Of a stretch of DNA of 64,000 nt, positions 7,007 to 17,714 are shown piece after piece. Location of the stretch: IMG/VR virus record IMGVR_UViG_3300017917_001910, positions 51,253-115,252 of that record; one strand, given 5' to 3'. Within the stretch, counting starts at the first letter, position 1; each line of letters opens with the position of its first letter. The notes under the pieces are model-generated. The model searched no databases, was not told the DNA's origin, and saw only the letters and a program-made list of their open reading frames with translations. Both the position numbers and the translations under genes were made by a program. The stretch is from a virus (lineage: Duplodnaviria; Caudoviricetes).

Positions 7007-9928
7007 TTAAGCAGGAAATTCAGCACCGGTTGGGGTTAGATTAAAGTTAATTACTATAAACTCCGCAGTTTTTGCCGGTTGTAAGTAAATATCACCTACT
7101 AATAAATTTCTGTCAATTACGGCAGGAGTATTATTAGTGTCATCCATTACAACTTTAAATGCATATAATCCTTGTCTTTGTTGGATTGATTCTAAGTAAG
7201 GATTAACGATGCTTAAGAATCTATTTCTTGTTGCTGCGGTATTTTGTTCAAATACTAAGTATCTAGAAGTAGATGCGATATATTTCTTAACAGTTATTAA
7301 TAATCTTCTTACGTTGATTCTATCTAATGCACTAGGCTTTTGTTGTAAGGTTTTTTGACCCCATGCACAAATTCCTTGACTAGGGAAAGAAGCAATTGGA
7401 TTTACTTGATTTTCATATAATGTATCACGCTCTGAATGATTTAATTTTGTTTCAATATTAATAGCATCTGTAATACCACCTCTATTTAAACCTGCAGGTG
7501 CATACCACTCTGCTGCTACTGAATCATTATAAGCTAATACTCCTGGCATTAATACGCTTGGCGGAACCCAAATAGGCTTATTAATAGAAGTATCTAATAC
7601 TTGCATCCAAGGATAATATGTCGCAGCATAATTACTATCCATATTAGCTGTTTGATTTGCTGCTGTTGCAATACTATCTCCTTTAGCTGTATTATCAACG
7701 ATTACAAATGTATCTTGACGTCCTTCTGCTGTTGATATCATATAATTTGCTACATATGGATGTAATCTTCTAATAACACCTGGAGCTAATAACATATTAA
7801 TATCATATTCGTCTTGATTTGAAAGCATATCAAATGCATCTGTATATTTAATACTTCCGTTTGATGTTGCGGTTGATAAGTCATATCCGAATGAATTTGC
7901 GGCAGTAATATCACCACTAGATAATTTAACTCTAGCAGGACTCATACCATCTGAACCACCTTGCATTGGAACTGTAAACTGAACGTTATTAGCAGTTGGG
8001 CCAGTAACACCAGTGATATCAACTCTTGCTTTTAAATCACCTGTATATGTAAATCCTGAATTAATTGGCATTACTAAATTATCAACAACAAAATCTGAAT
8101 TAATTGCTGATACTTCAATTGATGCTGATGTAGGAATTGCTTTTAAATAATTAACATTATCTACTGCTCCAAAATCCCATCCTAAGAATCTATTAGATAC
8201 ATATGATTGATCAGAATCATTTTGAGATACTATATAAGATGCAGGAGGCATATTAGCATTTGTAAATCCAATAAACGTTTGTTTTAGTTTTCTAAATCCT
8301 CTAGGAGATAAAGTTTCGCTTACAGCTTTTGAATCTACTGCAGGATCCATTTCTATTCTTACGTATTTAGAAACGTTATTGTAATTACCATACTCGACAA
8401 CTTTATTTGTTGAAGTAACAAATTCTTTATACTTATCTCCAATTACACGAGCAATATATTGAGGACTATCTGGGTCTAAATTAACGCCTCTATATTGTTC
8501 TAATATACTAGGTCTGTTATCAGTATCGCTATAGCTTCTAACTAATAAATCAAATGTAGAATAACTACCAGAGCTAAATTCTCTTAAGTTAGTAATGCTA
8601 ATTTTAACATCTGTATTAGTATCATTACCGTCACTTAAATGATGAACTTTAAATAAGTTTTGTGTTGTTTTAACACTAAAACCATTAAGACCTGATGTAA
8701 TCCATGGAGTAGAAGCATGATTATAATCAGGGAATGTTACATTATATGATGACGTTAAAACTGTTACTGTTGGTATAAATGATGTAGGCGTGCTACTTCC
8801 AGAAATTACAGGGTATACTACTTTTGTAGGAGTTATTGTTCCTAGGAAAGGTAAGCTAGTTGTATTAATGTTATATGTAGTATTAGAATAACTAGACCAT
8901 ACTATATCACCATTTAAATACATAGTAAATGTACCTGAGCCTGAATTATAAGTAGTTAATGTTGGAATATAATCATAATATGATTCATTTAATATAGCTG
9001 GGTTGGATGTTGTTTCTAATCCAATATTTAAATATTGAGGAGAACCTGTTATAAAGTTAAACGACTCTATTGGCATTGCTGCTTTTATAGATGCTGTTGT
9101 TAACGTAGCTATAAATATTTCAGAATTTAATGCCCAATTTTGAGTAGCAGTCGGAGTAGATGACCATCCGCTTGATGCTGTTAAAAAACTATTACTAGTA
9201 GAGCTAGTTACTGAAAATGCGGTAGTATAGTTATTATTAGCTGTTCCTAATAAAGTAAAGCTACTTGAACCATTACTTACAGATACGCCATATCCATTTG
9301 CTATATTAGTACTAAAATCTTCAAACGTCACATATGAATAAATTCCATTATTATAATTTGTATTACTTATTTTAGTAGAATCTGGAGTGCTTCCAATTAC
9401 TTTACTAATAAAGGTAGTGTTTTGACGATTGATAGATACGGTATAAGTTTTAGCAGTTAAATTACTTCCTGATGCTACTAATGTGAAGTTATTGGAAATA
9501 TTACCGCTTATTGCTGTTGATGCTCTTAAGTCAAAATTAGTACTGGTATTGTTTTTTGCTGGATGTAATCCCGAAACAATTTGATATGTAATTGTTGACC
9601 CCGTTGAAGCAACTGCCACAGCAGCTAATTTATTTGTGTCTGTTGTAAATGTCCAACCGCCATTACCTAAAATACGAACTACCATAGCAGAACTAGCATT
9701 CTTAAGATAATTTTTGATTGCATAAGGTATGTAAGTTTGAGTTGAATCTTCGCCTCCGAACATTACTTGATAGTCTTGAAAGCTTGTTACCTGCATTGGT
9801 ACTAAAGCTGGCCCTTTTAACGTAGGTCCTACGAAGGCTGCTCCTATCTGAGCTATACCAGCGGGAAGAAACGATAGGTCGTTCTCGTTGGTAAATACGC
9901 CTGGGCTAATAATTCTTTCTGTTGCCAT
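7007..9928 (-). CDS. Tail sheath protein (T4 gp18-like)
   Basis: SPGVFTNENDLS N-terminus; WYAPAGLNRG, NPIASFP, WGQKTL and DRINVRRL motifs. Confidence 0.95.
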   Translation of the reverse strand: MATERIISPGVFTNENDLSFLPAGIAQIGAAFVGPTLKGPALVPMQVTSFQDYQVMFGGEDSTQTYIPYAIKNYLKNASSAMVVRILGNGGWTFTTDTNKLAAVAVASTGSTITYQIVSGLHPAKNNTSTNFDLRASTAISGNISNNFTLVASGSNLTAKTYTVSINRQNTTFISKVIGSTPDSTKISNTNYNNGIYSYVTFEDFSTNIANGYGVSVSNGSSSFTLLGTANNNYTTAFSVTSSTSNSFLTASSGWSSTPTATQNWALNSEIFIATLTTASIKAAMPIESFNFITGSPQYLNIGLETTSNPAILNESYYDYIPTLTTYNSGSGTFTMYLNGDIVWSSYSNTTYNINTTSLPFLGTITPTKVVYPVISGSSTPTSFIPTVTVLTSSYNVTFPDYNHASTPWITSGLNGFSVKTTQNLFKVHHLSDGNDTNTDVKISITNLREFSSGSYSTFDLLVRSYSDTDNRPSILEQYRGVNLDPDSPQYIARVIGDKYKEFVTSTNKVVEYGNYNNVSKYVRIEMDPAVDSKAVSETLSPRGFRKLKQTFIGFTNANMPPASYIVSQNDSDQSYVSNRFLGWDFGAVDNVNYLKAIPTSASIEVSAINSDFVVDNLVMPINSGFTYTGDLKARVDITGVTGPTANNVQFTVPMQGGSDGMSPARVKLSSGDITAANSFGYDLSTATSNGSIKYTDAFDMLSNQDEYDINMLLAPGVIRRLHPYVANYMISTAEGRQDTFVIVDNTAKGDSIATAANQTANMDSNYAATYYPWMQVLDTSINKPIWVPPSVLMPGVLAYNDSVAAEWYAPAGLNRGGITDAINIETKLNHSERDTLYENQVNPIASFPSQGICAWGQKTLQQKPSALDRINVRRLLITVKKYIASTSRYLVFEQNTAATRNRFLSIVNPYLESIQQRQGLYAFKVVMDDTNNTPAVIDRNLLVGDIYLQPAKTAEFIVINFNLTPTGAEFPA

Positions 9929-10005
9929 TATTTGTTAAAGTTTATAAATTTTGTTGGTTTGTGTAGAGAGAATCTTTCTACAAATATAATTATAGTATCT
10001 TAAGA

Positions 10006-10281
10006 TCAAACCTCCGAAATAAATTCACCTGACTCTAAATTTACAGTACCTAGACCATATTTTTTAGTAAATGCTTCCTGAACTTTAGATTCTTGCTCTT
10101 TTAATTCTAAAAACACGCCTTGTAATTTAGAAAGCTCATCATCCATACCAGATAATGCTAATGTTAAATTAATCTTCTCTAAGTGTATTTGACCTAGTTG
10201 AGCTGTTAATTCTAAATACTTGTTTTGAATGCTTTTTAATTCATCTAACTCTTCTTGTGTTAGTTTTTTTGTTGTTGTCAT
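10006..10281 (-). CDS. Small coiled-coil hypothetical protein
   Basis: ORF ending in KKYGLGTVNLESGEF. Confidence 0.65.
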   Translation of the reverse strand: MTTTKKLTQEELDELKSIQNKYLELTAQLGQIHLEKINLTLALSGMDDELSKLQGVFLELKEQESKVQEAFTKKYGLGTVNLESGEFISEV

Positions 10282-10282
10282 T

Positions 10283-10681
10283 TTATTGTTTTTCTATTAA
10301 GTTTTGTAATATAAATATATAAGCTTCTTCCGTTTCTATTTTTTCTAGTACTGAAAATGGAATTGGTTTATATTGAAGTTCTTTTTCTTGAGTAAGTAAA
10401 GTACTAAATTCTTGTTGGAATTGCTCAAATTTAGGATTGATGATTTCTTTTTCAGTATCTATATAATATGGTATAATAATATTACCATCTGCATTAGGAG
10501 TGCCGTATGTTTTAATAAGCTCATCTCGTAAAGATTCGATAATAGGTTTAATTTCTTGAACTTGTTTATTAAGTTCTAATAGCCAAAATTTTGTTGATAA
10601 TGAAATCTTTTCATTAAGCAGTTTTGTTAACTCTTCTTCTAGTACGAAGATGTTTGTAAGTTGAATTTTTAATGTTTCCAT
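10283..10681 (-). CDS. Hypothetical protein (DUF1617-like, possible fibre chaperone)
   Basis: RDELIKTYG motif, helical. Confidence 0.55.
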   Translation of the reverse strand: METLKIQLTNIFVLEEELTKLLNEKISLSTKFWLLELNKQVQEIKPIIESLRDELIKTYGTPNADGNIIIPYYIDTEKEIINPKFEQFQQEFSTLLTQEKELQYKPIPFSVLEKIETEEAYIFILQNLIEKQ

Positions 10682-10696
10682 ACGTTATAACTTCTT

Positions 10697-10728
10697 GTAA
10701 TATAATAAATTAAAGTAGTAAGTCCTAA
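10697..10728 (-). promoter_or_regulatory. Bacteroidota-type promoter variant
   Basis: TTAG-N20-TATATTAC. Confidence 0.5.
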
Positions 10729-10736
10729 TTAATTAT

Positions 10737-11561
10737 TTAGTAATTAGAAGAACCGCTAGTGTTTTGAAGTTTTACAGGTTGCAACGGAATAGTTGTTTCA
10801 TTAAAACTAACTACTACTTTATTAGCAGGTATTAATTTTTGAATTGTAGGTCTATTTCTTTCATCTTCATTAATTAAATAAGCTTTAGTAGTAAATTGAA
10901 ACTTTGCTTTTACGAATCTATCACTTCCAATATCATTACTTAATTCAAATGACGGAGATGAAATCATTGTTGGAAATTTTTGAGTATCTCCAAATGCTGT
11001 ACCATTAAAAAACATAATTTGTTCTACTAACTCATTCATTTGTTCTAAGAATTCTGTCCAACAAATTATATCGTATGTTATATGGATATATCTCGGAATA
11101 TCCATTGCATAATATTCTTTAATAGGTTTAGTGTTTGTTAAAACATCAAAGGGAGTATATTTATTTTTTGAAGAATATGTTCTTTCAAATATCCATTGAT
11201 TTCCTTCATTCTTTAATACTTCATTCTTCATGTAATCTTGACGCTGTTCAAATCCAGTTCTGTTAAGAACAATTACAGGTGCCATGATCTTATCATTATT
11301 ATCTCTTAAATATCCTTGAGTTTGAACTCCGCTCCATTTTTCTGGTGTAGCAAATAATACAGGTACTTTTTTAGTTCCTTGATTAGTGTTTATTTGAACT
11401 TGAATAACGTTCTCTAAATGCCATTTAATTGCAGCATCAACATCATACAATCCAATTTTAACTGCACGCAAATTTTCGTTGTTAGCAACTTGATTTACAC
11501 GTACACCCGGATTAATATTATCTCTGTATTGATTTTGTTTTTTTGTAATTTGCTTAGCCAT
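10737..11561 (-). CDS. Tail terminator / sheath stabiliser (T4 gp15-like)
   Basis: KVPVLFATPEKW and EQMNELVEQI motifs; gene order. Confidence 0.7.
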   Translation of the reverse strand: MAKQITKKQNQYRDNINPGVRVNQVANNENLRAVKIGLYDVDAAIKWHLENVIQVQINTNQGTKKVPVLFATPEKWSGVQTQGYLRDNNDKIMAPVIVLNRTGFEQRQDYMKNEVLKNEGNQWIFERTYSSKNKYTPFDVLTNTKPIKEYYAMDIPRYIHITYDIICWTEFLEQMNELVEQIMFFNGTAFGDTQKFPTMISSPSFELSNDIGSDRFVKAKFQFTTKAYLINEDERNRPTIQKLIPANKVVVSFNETTIPLQPVKLQNTSGSSNY

Positions 11562-11565
11562 TTAG

Positions 11566-12090
11566 TTAAATATTTAAAGGTAAATCATAATCTTGATTAT
11601 TGATACCATAGTTTAAATCTAATAATTGAAGTTGCGATTCTCTTACTTGATGCCCATTACACATAAATGATAAACTTCCACCGAAGTTATTACCTTTTAT
11701 CCATGTATCAGGATTTTTTCCAGCAAAGTATTGGTTTTCTGTAGTATTGTCAATCTCGTAATATTTATCGTCCCAATTAATAATGTCGCCAATTTCCGGT
11801 ACGATATTTAATGTTAACATTGTATCTCTTAAAATATAAAACTCAATAGCTACCATTGCATCAATACCGGCATCCGTTTGAACGGCATCATTAGGACTTC
11901 TGCTAATATAAATAGGTGTTCTTACTGGTTGATAATATACTTTAGAAATTCCTTCTCCGTATAAATTAACACGAGATTGATCTAAGACGAATTTATAATA
12001 TCCGACTTCTGTATCTACTAGTTTATAAACAAGCTCTCTGTTAAATTTTGTTACTAAAGAATAATCACGAGCTGAACCAAATAATGACAT
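11566..12090 (-). CDS. Neck protein (T4 gp14-like)
   Basis: NLYGE and PEIGDII...YYEI motifs; gene order. Confidence 0.7.
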   Translation of the reverse strand: MSLFGSARDYSLVTKFNRELVYKLVDTEVGYYKFVLDQSRVNLYGEGISKVYYQPVRTPIYISRSPNDAVQTDAGIDAMVAIEFYILRDTMLTLNIVPEIGDIINWDDKYYEIDNTTENQYFAGKNPDTWIKGNNFGGSLSFMCNGHQVRESQLQLLDLNYGINNQDYDLPLNI

Positions 12091-12091
12091 T

Positions 12092-12454
12092 TTATTTTCT
12101 TTCTATTAATTGTATTGTATCTTCTCTTGCAATAAGACCGACTAGACCATGTACTTTATACTTGCCAGTATCTCCTAATCCTTTTGTTGCCGTTTCTCTA
12201 ATATCATTTAAAGAATCTAAAGGCGTTTCTTTATATGATAAAAACTTTATTTTTAATTGAGCATAATCATATAACTCATTACTTCGTTTCTCAATAAAAT
12301 CAGAATGCTTTGGCTGTGCAGTAACAATATATGGTATTGCTCTTATTTCATCGTATGCATCTGATAATTTAGTTCTTTCCTTTTTTATTTTTACAATTGC
12401 CATACATTCGTAAAAATCTAAAGTTTCTTCTTTAAGTATAATTTTGTGTTTCAT
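12092..12454 (-). CDS. Hypothetical protein
   Basis: ORF with start re-placed at MKHKIILKEE. Confidence 0.6.
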   Translation of the reverse strand: MKHKIILKEETLDFYECMAIVKIKKERTKLSDAYDEIRAIPYIVTAQPKHSDFIEKRSNELYDYAQLKIKFLSYKETPLDSLNDIRETATKGLGDTGKYKVHGLVGLIAREDTIQLIERK

Positions 12455-12455
12455 T

Positions 12456-13619
12456 TTACCCCACATAAATTTTTAATGGTATCTTATTTAATGTTGTTTG
12501 CACAGCATCATTCTCTGCTTGTTGCTTTTCAAGTTGAGCTTGACGCGATACTTTATCTAATGCTCCACGTAAATCAGTAACTAATGTAGTTTGGTTTTCA
12601 CGTCCTTGAGTTACTAAATCAGCTCCGTTCATACGAATCTCTGCATTTGGAATAGGAATTGAATCGTACTTATTACGAACATTACCTAATGTTTCCGTTG
12701 CTAATGCTAACGTATATTTTAAAATCCATTGCTTTCCTACATCATTAACATCTCCGTATTGTATTTTATTAAATGGAGCATTACTCATATCAGAAACTAC
12801 TCCCGATGTAGTAATATTGTCTATAGCATTTCTATCTGATTCTACTATATATTCAAAGTATAGTATAAAATTATAAGTAGGAATAGGAAATAGTTTTAAT
12901 TGATTATTGATTAATTCAAATGAATAAGAAGATCTTCTTATCATATCATTAAATTCAATTGCTTGTAATCTTAATAAATCAGAATACATTGGCATCATTA
13001 AAAATGATACTCCTGGAGAATAACTGCCCCAACCAAAAGATTGAAGCATTTGTTGCGTACCCATACCAGTTCCTACAAACGGGTCAAAGTATCTTACAAT
13101 AGCAGGAGGCCCATCATGAAATATTCTTTTAATCTCAATATCTTCATTAGGATGGACTAAATCTCTAAATAATGTATTAATGTTATAATTTTGTTGCCCT
13201 GAATAACAAGATAAACTTCCTGTTCTCCATGTTATTCTTCCTCCAACGCCAGCTTCGCTTCCATATTCTTTAGATAATTGAAGTGTACGTCCTAAGTTTG
13301 GAGCAATATTCTTTTGAGATAAATTTGAATTAGAATTATAAGCACTTCCTTGAAGATTAATAAAATTATCTACGATATTATATTCGTTAATAATATTTCC
13401 AAATTCCGACGTAGCTTGTTCGAAACAAGCAAAGAAAGACCCAGATTGAAGTTCTACGTCCATCATAGGATATCCTAATCGTCTTGCACAAAAATCTGCT
13501 ACTTTTGGAGCATCAAGTTGAAACTGAAAGTCATAATCAAAATACCCGAAAGGAGTATCTCCGGGAGAAAATGTACAATTACCTGTCCAAATTGGAATAT
13601 CTATTGTTAATCCGTTCAT
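12456..13619 (-). CDS. Neck protein (T4 gp13-like)
   Basis: RRLGYPMMDVEL and WILKYTLALATETLGNVRNKY..IP...MNG motifs. Confidence 0.85.
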   Translation of the reverse strand: MNGLTIDIPIWTGNCTFSPGDTPFGYFDYDFQFQLDAPKVADFCARRLGYPMMDVELQSGSFFACFEQATSEFGNIINEYNIVDNFINLQGSAYNSNSNLSQKNIAPNLGRTLQLSKEYGSEAGVGGRITWRTGSLSCYSGQQNYNINTLFRDLVHPNEDIEIKRIFHDGPPAIVRYFDPFVGTGMGTQQMLQSFGWGSYSPGVSFLMMPMYSDLLRLQAIEFNDMIRRSSYSFELINNQLKLFPIPTYNFILYFEYIVESDRNAIDNITTSGVVSDMSNAPFNKIQYGDVNDVGKQWILKYTLALATETLGNVRNKYDSIPIPNAEIRMNGADLVTQGRENQTTLVTDLRGALDKVSRQAQLEKQQAENDAVQTTLNKIPLKIYVG

Positions 13620-13677
13620 TATTATTCGTCTTTATTATAATTATGTAGGATCACAAGTTGATACTATAATTACGTAC

Positions 13678-13965
13678 TTATATATGTTCGTACGTAGCCT
13701 TTAAATTAAATTCATTAGAATTTTGTAATTCGTTAATCACATATGTTTCTAATGCATCTATTAATTTAGAGTATGGGTCTGTAATTTCTTCTTTGTATAT
13801 TAATGTATTTTTATCAATATCATATCGAAGAATTGTGTGATTACCAATAACCACTTCTAAATTAATTGCTCCTTTATATTCTAAACGAGGAATTAATGTT
13901 ACTGAAGGTGATTCACAAATTAATTCTGATGGGAGTTTATAATATCCCGTTACTTGTATTGCCAT
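13678..13965 (-). CDS. Hypothetical tail-fibre-associated protein
   Basis: Small ORF directly downstream of a fibre gene. Confidence 0.55.
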   Translation of the reverse strand: MAIQVTGYYKLPSELICESPSVTLIPRLEYKGAINLEVVIGNHTILRYDIDKNTLIYKEEITDPYSKLIDALETYVINELQNSNEFNLKATYEHI

Positions 13966-13980
13966 GTTATTTATTATTTA

Positions 13981-15867
13981 TTAAATTAGTCTTTCTATAA
14001 CTACAGACCCACTAGCAGGACCTGCTGTTTGTATAAATGTTGCTCTGTATAATCTTCCTCTATCTTGATCTTGGATATGAGATGTTATTGTATCTCCACC
14101 GCTACCTAACGTTGCTGATGTTAATACTGACCAGCTTCCTGTTGTAAATATAGCGCCTGTATTAACACTACTTGATATAGCAGAACCAGCTACGGAAGAT
14201 ATTGCACTATAAAATACATTTACACTTCCACTTACTGAACTTGCTACCGGATTACCACTAGATGATATTGCTACACGAATATTGTCAAATGATGCTGAGT
14301 TAGTAAATCTTCCTACATTATATCCTGTTGCATTTCTAGTTACTGGTATTGCTCCGTTAATTGTTACAACACCACTTCCGCTTACCTCAAATATACTAGC
14401 AGAACCAGGTGCATCAATTTTAAATAATGAACTACTAGCAACTGTACCGGATATATGTAACCAAGCGCTCGGAGCATTTGTATTTAAACCAAAAAATCCT
14501 TGAGTTGAAAATCTAGCTATTTCACCCGTGCCCCAATTTCCTAAAGCAAATATAATAGGTCTTGTATTTGTTCCTTGAAAACGAATACCAGTTGCAGCTT
14601 CAAATCCAAATTTTCCTCTGTTACCTGCAAAGTCAATATAAGCGTCTGTAGATGTTCCATTACCCATGTTTATTATTTGTCCTGTGCCAAATACATCTAA
14701 TTTTACAGCAGGTGTTGATGTTCCTATACCTACATTTCCACTACTGCTAGCATGTAAAATGTTATTCGATCCAGACATCACAAATAATGAGCCAGTTATT
14801 GTTTGACTACCAACAAATATATTACTTCCTGTAGTTGCAAATGATCTAGTTATATTATTTATTGAGCTTGTAAAGTTATTAATTGAACTAGTAAATGAAT
14901 TAAATGAGCTAGTAGTTGTAAAACTTGATGTACTAGAGTTTAACACATAAGGAGCTAACATTGAACCCGTATTACTTAATAATAAATAATTGGGAGCAAA
15001 TGAAGCTGTTAAAGCATTTTGAGCCCAAGAAGATGTACCAAATAATGATCCTGTAAATTGTCCTGTAAATGAACCACTAAATGATCCTGTATTACTTAGG
15101 AATTGATCTACTCTATTAGCCGTTACTATTACTGAAGGAATCCCTGGAGTACTATTTATAGGTTCAGCATATAATCTCATACCCGTATCAGCTGATACCC
15201 ATATGATCTGATAATAATCATTTGCAGCTGAAGAAACAAACCAGTTCCAAGCTGCTACTACTTTAGTACTATTTCCAGATAATGTTAATTTTGTGGCTGA
15301 ATCTGTAAGATCAATACCATTTTTTCTTAACCAAATTACTATTTCATCAGTACCAGAATCTGTTTTTTCTACTTGTGCAGAAAATTGAATATTATATATA
15401 CCTGCATTTTGTGTCTTAATATAAGTATTAAATGGGCTTGTTGATCCTGATATTGATACTCCATTTGTAATATCTGTTGAATCAAAGGACATTGATCTAG
15501 GTATATTTGCTACTGGGTTTGTTTGAATAGTTGTATCGTAAAACGATCCGTATGATCCTGTCGCAGTATTAAAACTTGTACTCCCGCTTAATGTAGCACT
15601 AACTGTTACTTGCCCTAATCCATTTGTTGGTGATAATGTTACATTTGGTCCTGCTAATAATTGCGTTACTCCACCGTTTAAAGCAAATGATGCACTTACA
15701 GCCCTTGAACTTGATACTGCATTTAATACATAAGATGCGCTTGTTGCTGTTCCATTTAAATTTCCGTATATACTTCCCGTAACAGATAAACTTCCACTAA
15801 TATTAGCATTTAATCCAATATTTAAATTATCTTGTACATCTAAAGTTGTTCGTATATTATATGACAT
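13981..15867 (-). CDS. Tail fibre / whisker-like protein
   Basis: S/T/G-rich; GNVGIGTSTP..KLDV.G repeat typical of phage fibres. Confidence 0.75.
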   Translation of the reverse strand: MSYNIRTTLDVQDNLNIGLNANISGSLSVTGSIYGNLNGTATSASYVLNAVSSSRAVSASFALNGGVTQLLAGPNVTLSPTNGLGQVTVSATLSGSTSFNTATGSYGSFYDTTIQTNPVANIPRSMSFDSTDITNGVSISGSTSPFNTYIKTQNAGIYNIQFSAQVEKTDSGTDEIVIWLRKNGIDLTDSATKLTLSGNSTKVVAAWNWFVSSAANDYYQIIWVSADTGMRLYAEPINSTPGIPSVIVTANRVDQFLSNTGSFSGSFTGQFTGSLFGTSSWAQNALTASFAPNYLLLSNTGSMLAPYVLNSSTSSFTTTSSFNSFTSSINNFTSSINNITRSFATTGSNIFVGSQTITGSLFVMSGSNNILHASSSGNVGIGTSTPAVKLDVFGTGQIINMGNGTSTDAYIDFAGNRGKFGFEAATGIRFQGTNTRPIIFALGNWGTGEIARFSTQGFFGLNTNAPSAWLHISGTVASSSLFKIDAPGSASIFEVSGSGVVTINGAIPVTRNATGYNVGRFTNSASFDNIRVAISSSGNPVASSVSGSVNVFYSAISSVAGSAISSSVNTGAIFTTGSWSVLTSATLGSGGDTITSHIQDQDRGRLYRATFIQTAGPASGSVVIERLI

Positions 15868-15885
15868 ATTATTTGTTTTCTTTTA

Positions 15886-16353
15886 TTATTTTGTAAATCC
15901 ACGTATTATAGTATCTACTGTGTAGCTATCGACGGTGCTTGTATTTCTAGCAACTACTTTTATAATGGGAGATTCTACTTCAGATACTTCTGCAGGGCCA
16001 ATTACTACATTATCTCGTATTTCAGTATTATTATCTGGAAATACTACGTTATCTGTTAATGTAAATGTTGATTGAACACTATTTCCGTCATAATACCCAA
16101 CTACATATGAAGTTAGTATAGAAAATACTTCAGAACTATTATTTTTTACATATACATCTGCTATTACTCCAAAATATTTTGTAGTATCAAATTCAAATAG
16201 TAAAGCTTCATATAGTAGTTCGACATTTGGATTAAACGGATCAGGAATTGATGCAGTCGGTAACGTAACAAACGAGCCAGATTGTGTTTGTAATACGGGA
16301 GAACTAACTATAGGTGTTTTTATTGATGCTGCTGATATAATTGTTTGTGCCAT
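15886..16353 (-). CDS. Hypothetical virion-associated protein
   Basis: Beta-rich ORF within the fibre cluster. Confidence 0.55.
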   Translation of the reverse strand: MAQTIISAASIKTPIVSSPVLQTQSGSFVTLPTASIPDPFNPNVELLYEALLFEFDTTKYFGVIADVYVKNNSSEVFSILTSYVVGYYDGNSVQSTFTLTDNVVFPDNNTEIRDNVVIGPAEVSEVESPIIKVVARNTSTVDSYTVDTIIRGFTK

Positions 16354-16367
16354 TATTGTTATTATTT

Positions 16368-16943
16368 TTAAGAGTTTATAGTTATTTCAGTAGAGGATAT
16401 TACTGTTTCTGCTCCTGATACAGAATCCATAAGTACAAAATCTCCATTTGTCGCTATAGTTATTGTTTTATTGCCTCTAACAATTTGAAATGTTCCGTCA
16501 TTTCCTATGTTAATATATACAGAGCCAGATATAGTTTGATTTCCAATAAATACATTACTTCCTGTAGTTGCAAATGAACCAGTATTACTCAATAATAAAT
16601 AATTAGGAGCAAAAGATGCTGTATTTGCAAATGATGCTGTTCCTTGTAAAGAGCCCGTAAATCCTAATGTTGATATTACAGAACCAGTTATAGTTTGATT
16701 TCCAATGAATACATTACTACCTGTAGTTGCAAATGAACCCGTATCAATTGAAGAACCTCCCCCGCCAGTACCTACCGGACCAACAGGACCTTGAGGACCA
16801 GGTGTATTTACTTGAATTACATTGGTATTTGTTTGAGGAATAGATACAGTAGTATTTTTATTATTATCCGTTACAGATATTTCTTGATTTATATCTTGAA
16901 TTGATACTGTATTGTTTTCTGTATTAATATTTACTGTAGACAT
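16368..16943 (-). CDS. Short fibre-like protein with collagen-like triplets
   Basis: GPQGPVGPVG; duplicated SFATTGSNVFIGNQTI. Confidence 0.65.
   Translation of the reverse strand: MSTVNINTENNTVSIQDINQEISVTDNNKNTTVSIPQTNTNVIQVNTPGPQGPVGPVGTGGGGSSIDTGSFATTGSNVFIGNQTITGSVISTLGFTGSLQGTASFANTASFAPNYLLLSNTGSFATTGSNVFIGNQTISGSVYINIGNDGTFQIVRGNKTITIATNGDFVLMDSVSGAETVISSTEITINS
16531..16739. repeat. 50-bp direct repeat (16531-16580 and 16690-16739); a diverged third copy lies near 14800-14847
   Basis: atagtttgatttccaat.aatacattact.cctgtagttgcaaatgaacc, 2 mismatches between the two copies. Confidence 0.85.
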
Positions 16944-17338
16944 TATACTGTTACTTGTTTACTTAAGTTAACTTGACCCTCTAATAATCTTACCGTGTAC
17001 GGGCAATTACTTCCCGAATAAATTTCTAAATCATATCTTGCTGTTACAAATGTAAGGGCAGAAGAAGTACATGATGCAATATAAATTCCAATAGAACCGC
17101 TTGTAGGTGGTTTAGTGCTTCTGCTGCCACTAAAATTTAAGCCAGTCCCGTCAGAATTTAACGAGCTAGATAGAGTTAAGTATGTAGTAGGAGTATTATC
17201 AGCAAAGTTAGATCTAATCATCATTCTCCCAGAATATCCCGTTAAATCTACGGGTTTATTATTAGAGTCTTTATATTGAATTTCAAAATCTACTGTTGCT
17301 CCTTGTTCTATTGTAAAGTTATATTTACCGGCTGCCAT
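16943..17338 (-). CDS. Conserved phage structural adaptor protein
   Basis: YNFTIEQGAT, PVDLTGY..RM.IR, YDLEI..G...RLLEG.V pattern. Confidence 0.65.
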   Translation of the reverse strand: MAAGKYNFTIEQGATVDFEIQYKDSNNKPVDLTGYSGRMMIRSNFADNTPTTYLTLSSSLNSDGTGLNFSGSRSTKPPTSGSIGIYIASCTSSALTFVTARYDLEIYSGSNCPYTVRLLEGQVNLSKQVTV

Positions 17339-17375
17339 AATTATAGTTTCTTTAATATAATTATGTATATACAGT

Positions 17376-17408
17376 AAAATAGTCCCAATATCACTACTGA
17401 GACTATTC
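17376..17408 (-). terminator. Terminator
   Basis: AATAGTCTCA/TGGGACTATT stem plus a T-rich tail. Confidence 0.55.
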
Positions 17409-17409
17409 T

Positions 17410-17553
17410 TTATTTTTTAATTAATTCTATTGAAGCTGTCGTTTGCGGTATAAATGCTCGTGCATATGGATTAGAATAGACTCTGCCCAACTCAAATCCT
17501 TGACTTTTCATTTCATCTAAAGCTTTTTGAAGCTTTTCATCTGTTATAAACAT
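17410..17553 (-). CDS. Small hypothetical protein not in the ORF track
   Basis: MFITDEKLQKALDEMKSQGFELGRVYSNPYARAFIP... (47 aa), overlaps the upstream small ORF. Confidence 0.55.
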   Translation of the reverse strand: MFITDEKLQKALDEMKSQGFELGRVYSNPYARAFIPQTTASIELIKK

Positions 17554-17714
17554 TCTACTTCTTTTATATAGTTAATGATATATTCTTTATTTTCTCCGGC
17601 AAGATTTTGAAAATACTCATTAATATATTCTAATCCAGGCCTTTGAATCTTTAACATAATTAATCTTCCGTCTATTGTTAGACTAATCTCATACTTTTTA
17701 ATTACCGTACTCAT
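17544..17714 (-). CDS. Small hypothetical protein not in the ORF track
   Basis: MSTVIKKYEISLTIDGRLIMLKIQRPG... (56 aa), fills the gap downstream of phoH. Confidence 0.5.
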   Translation of the reverse strand: MSTVIKKYEISLTIDGRLIMLKIQRPGLEYINEYFQNLAGENKEYIINYIKEVECL

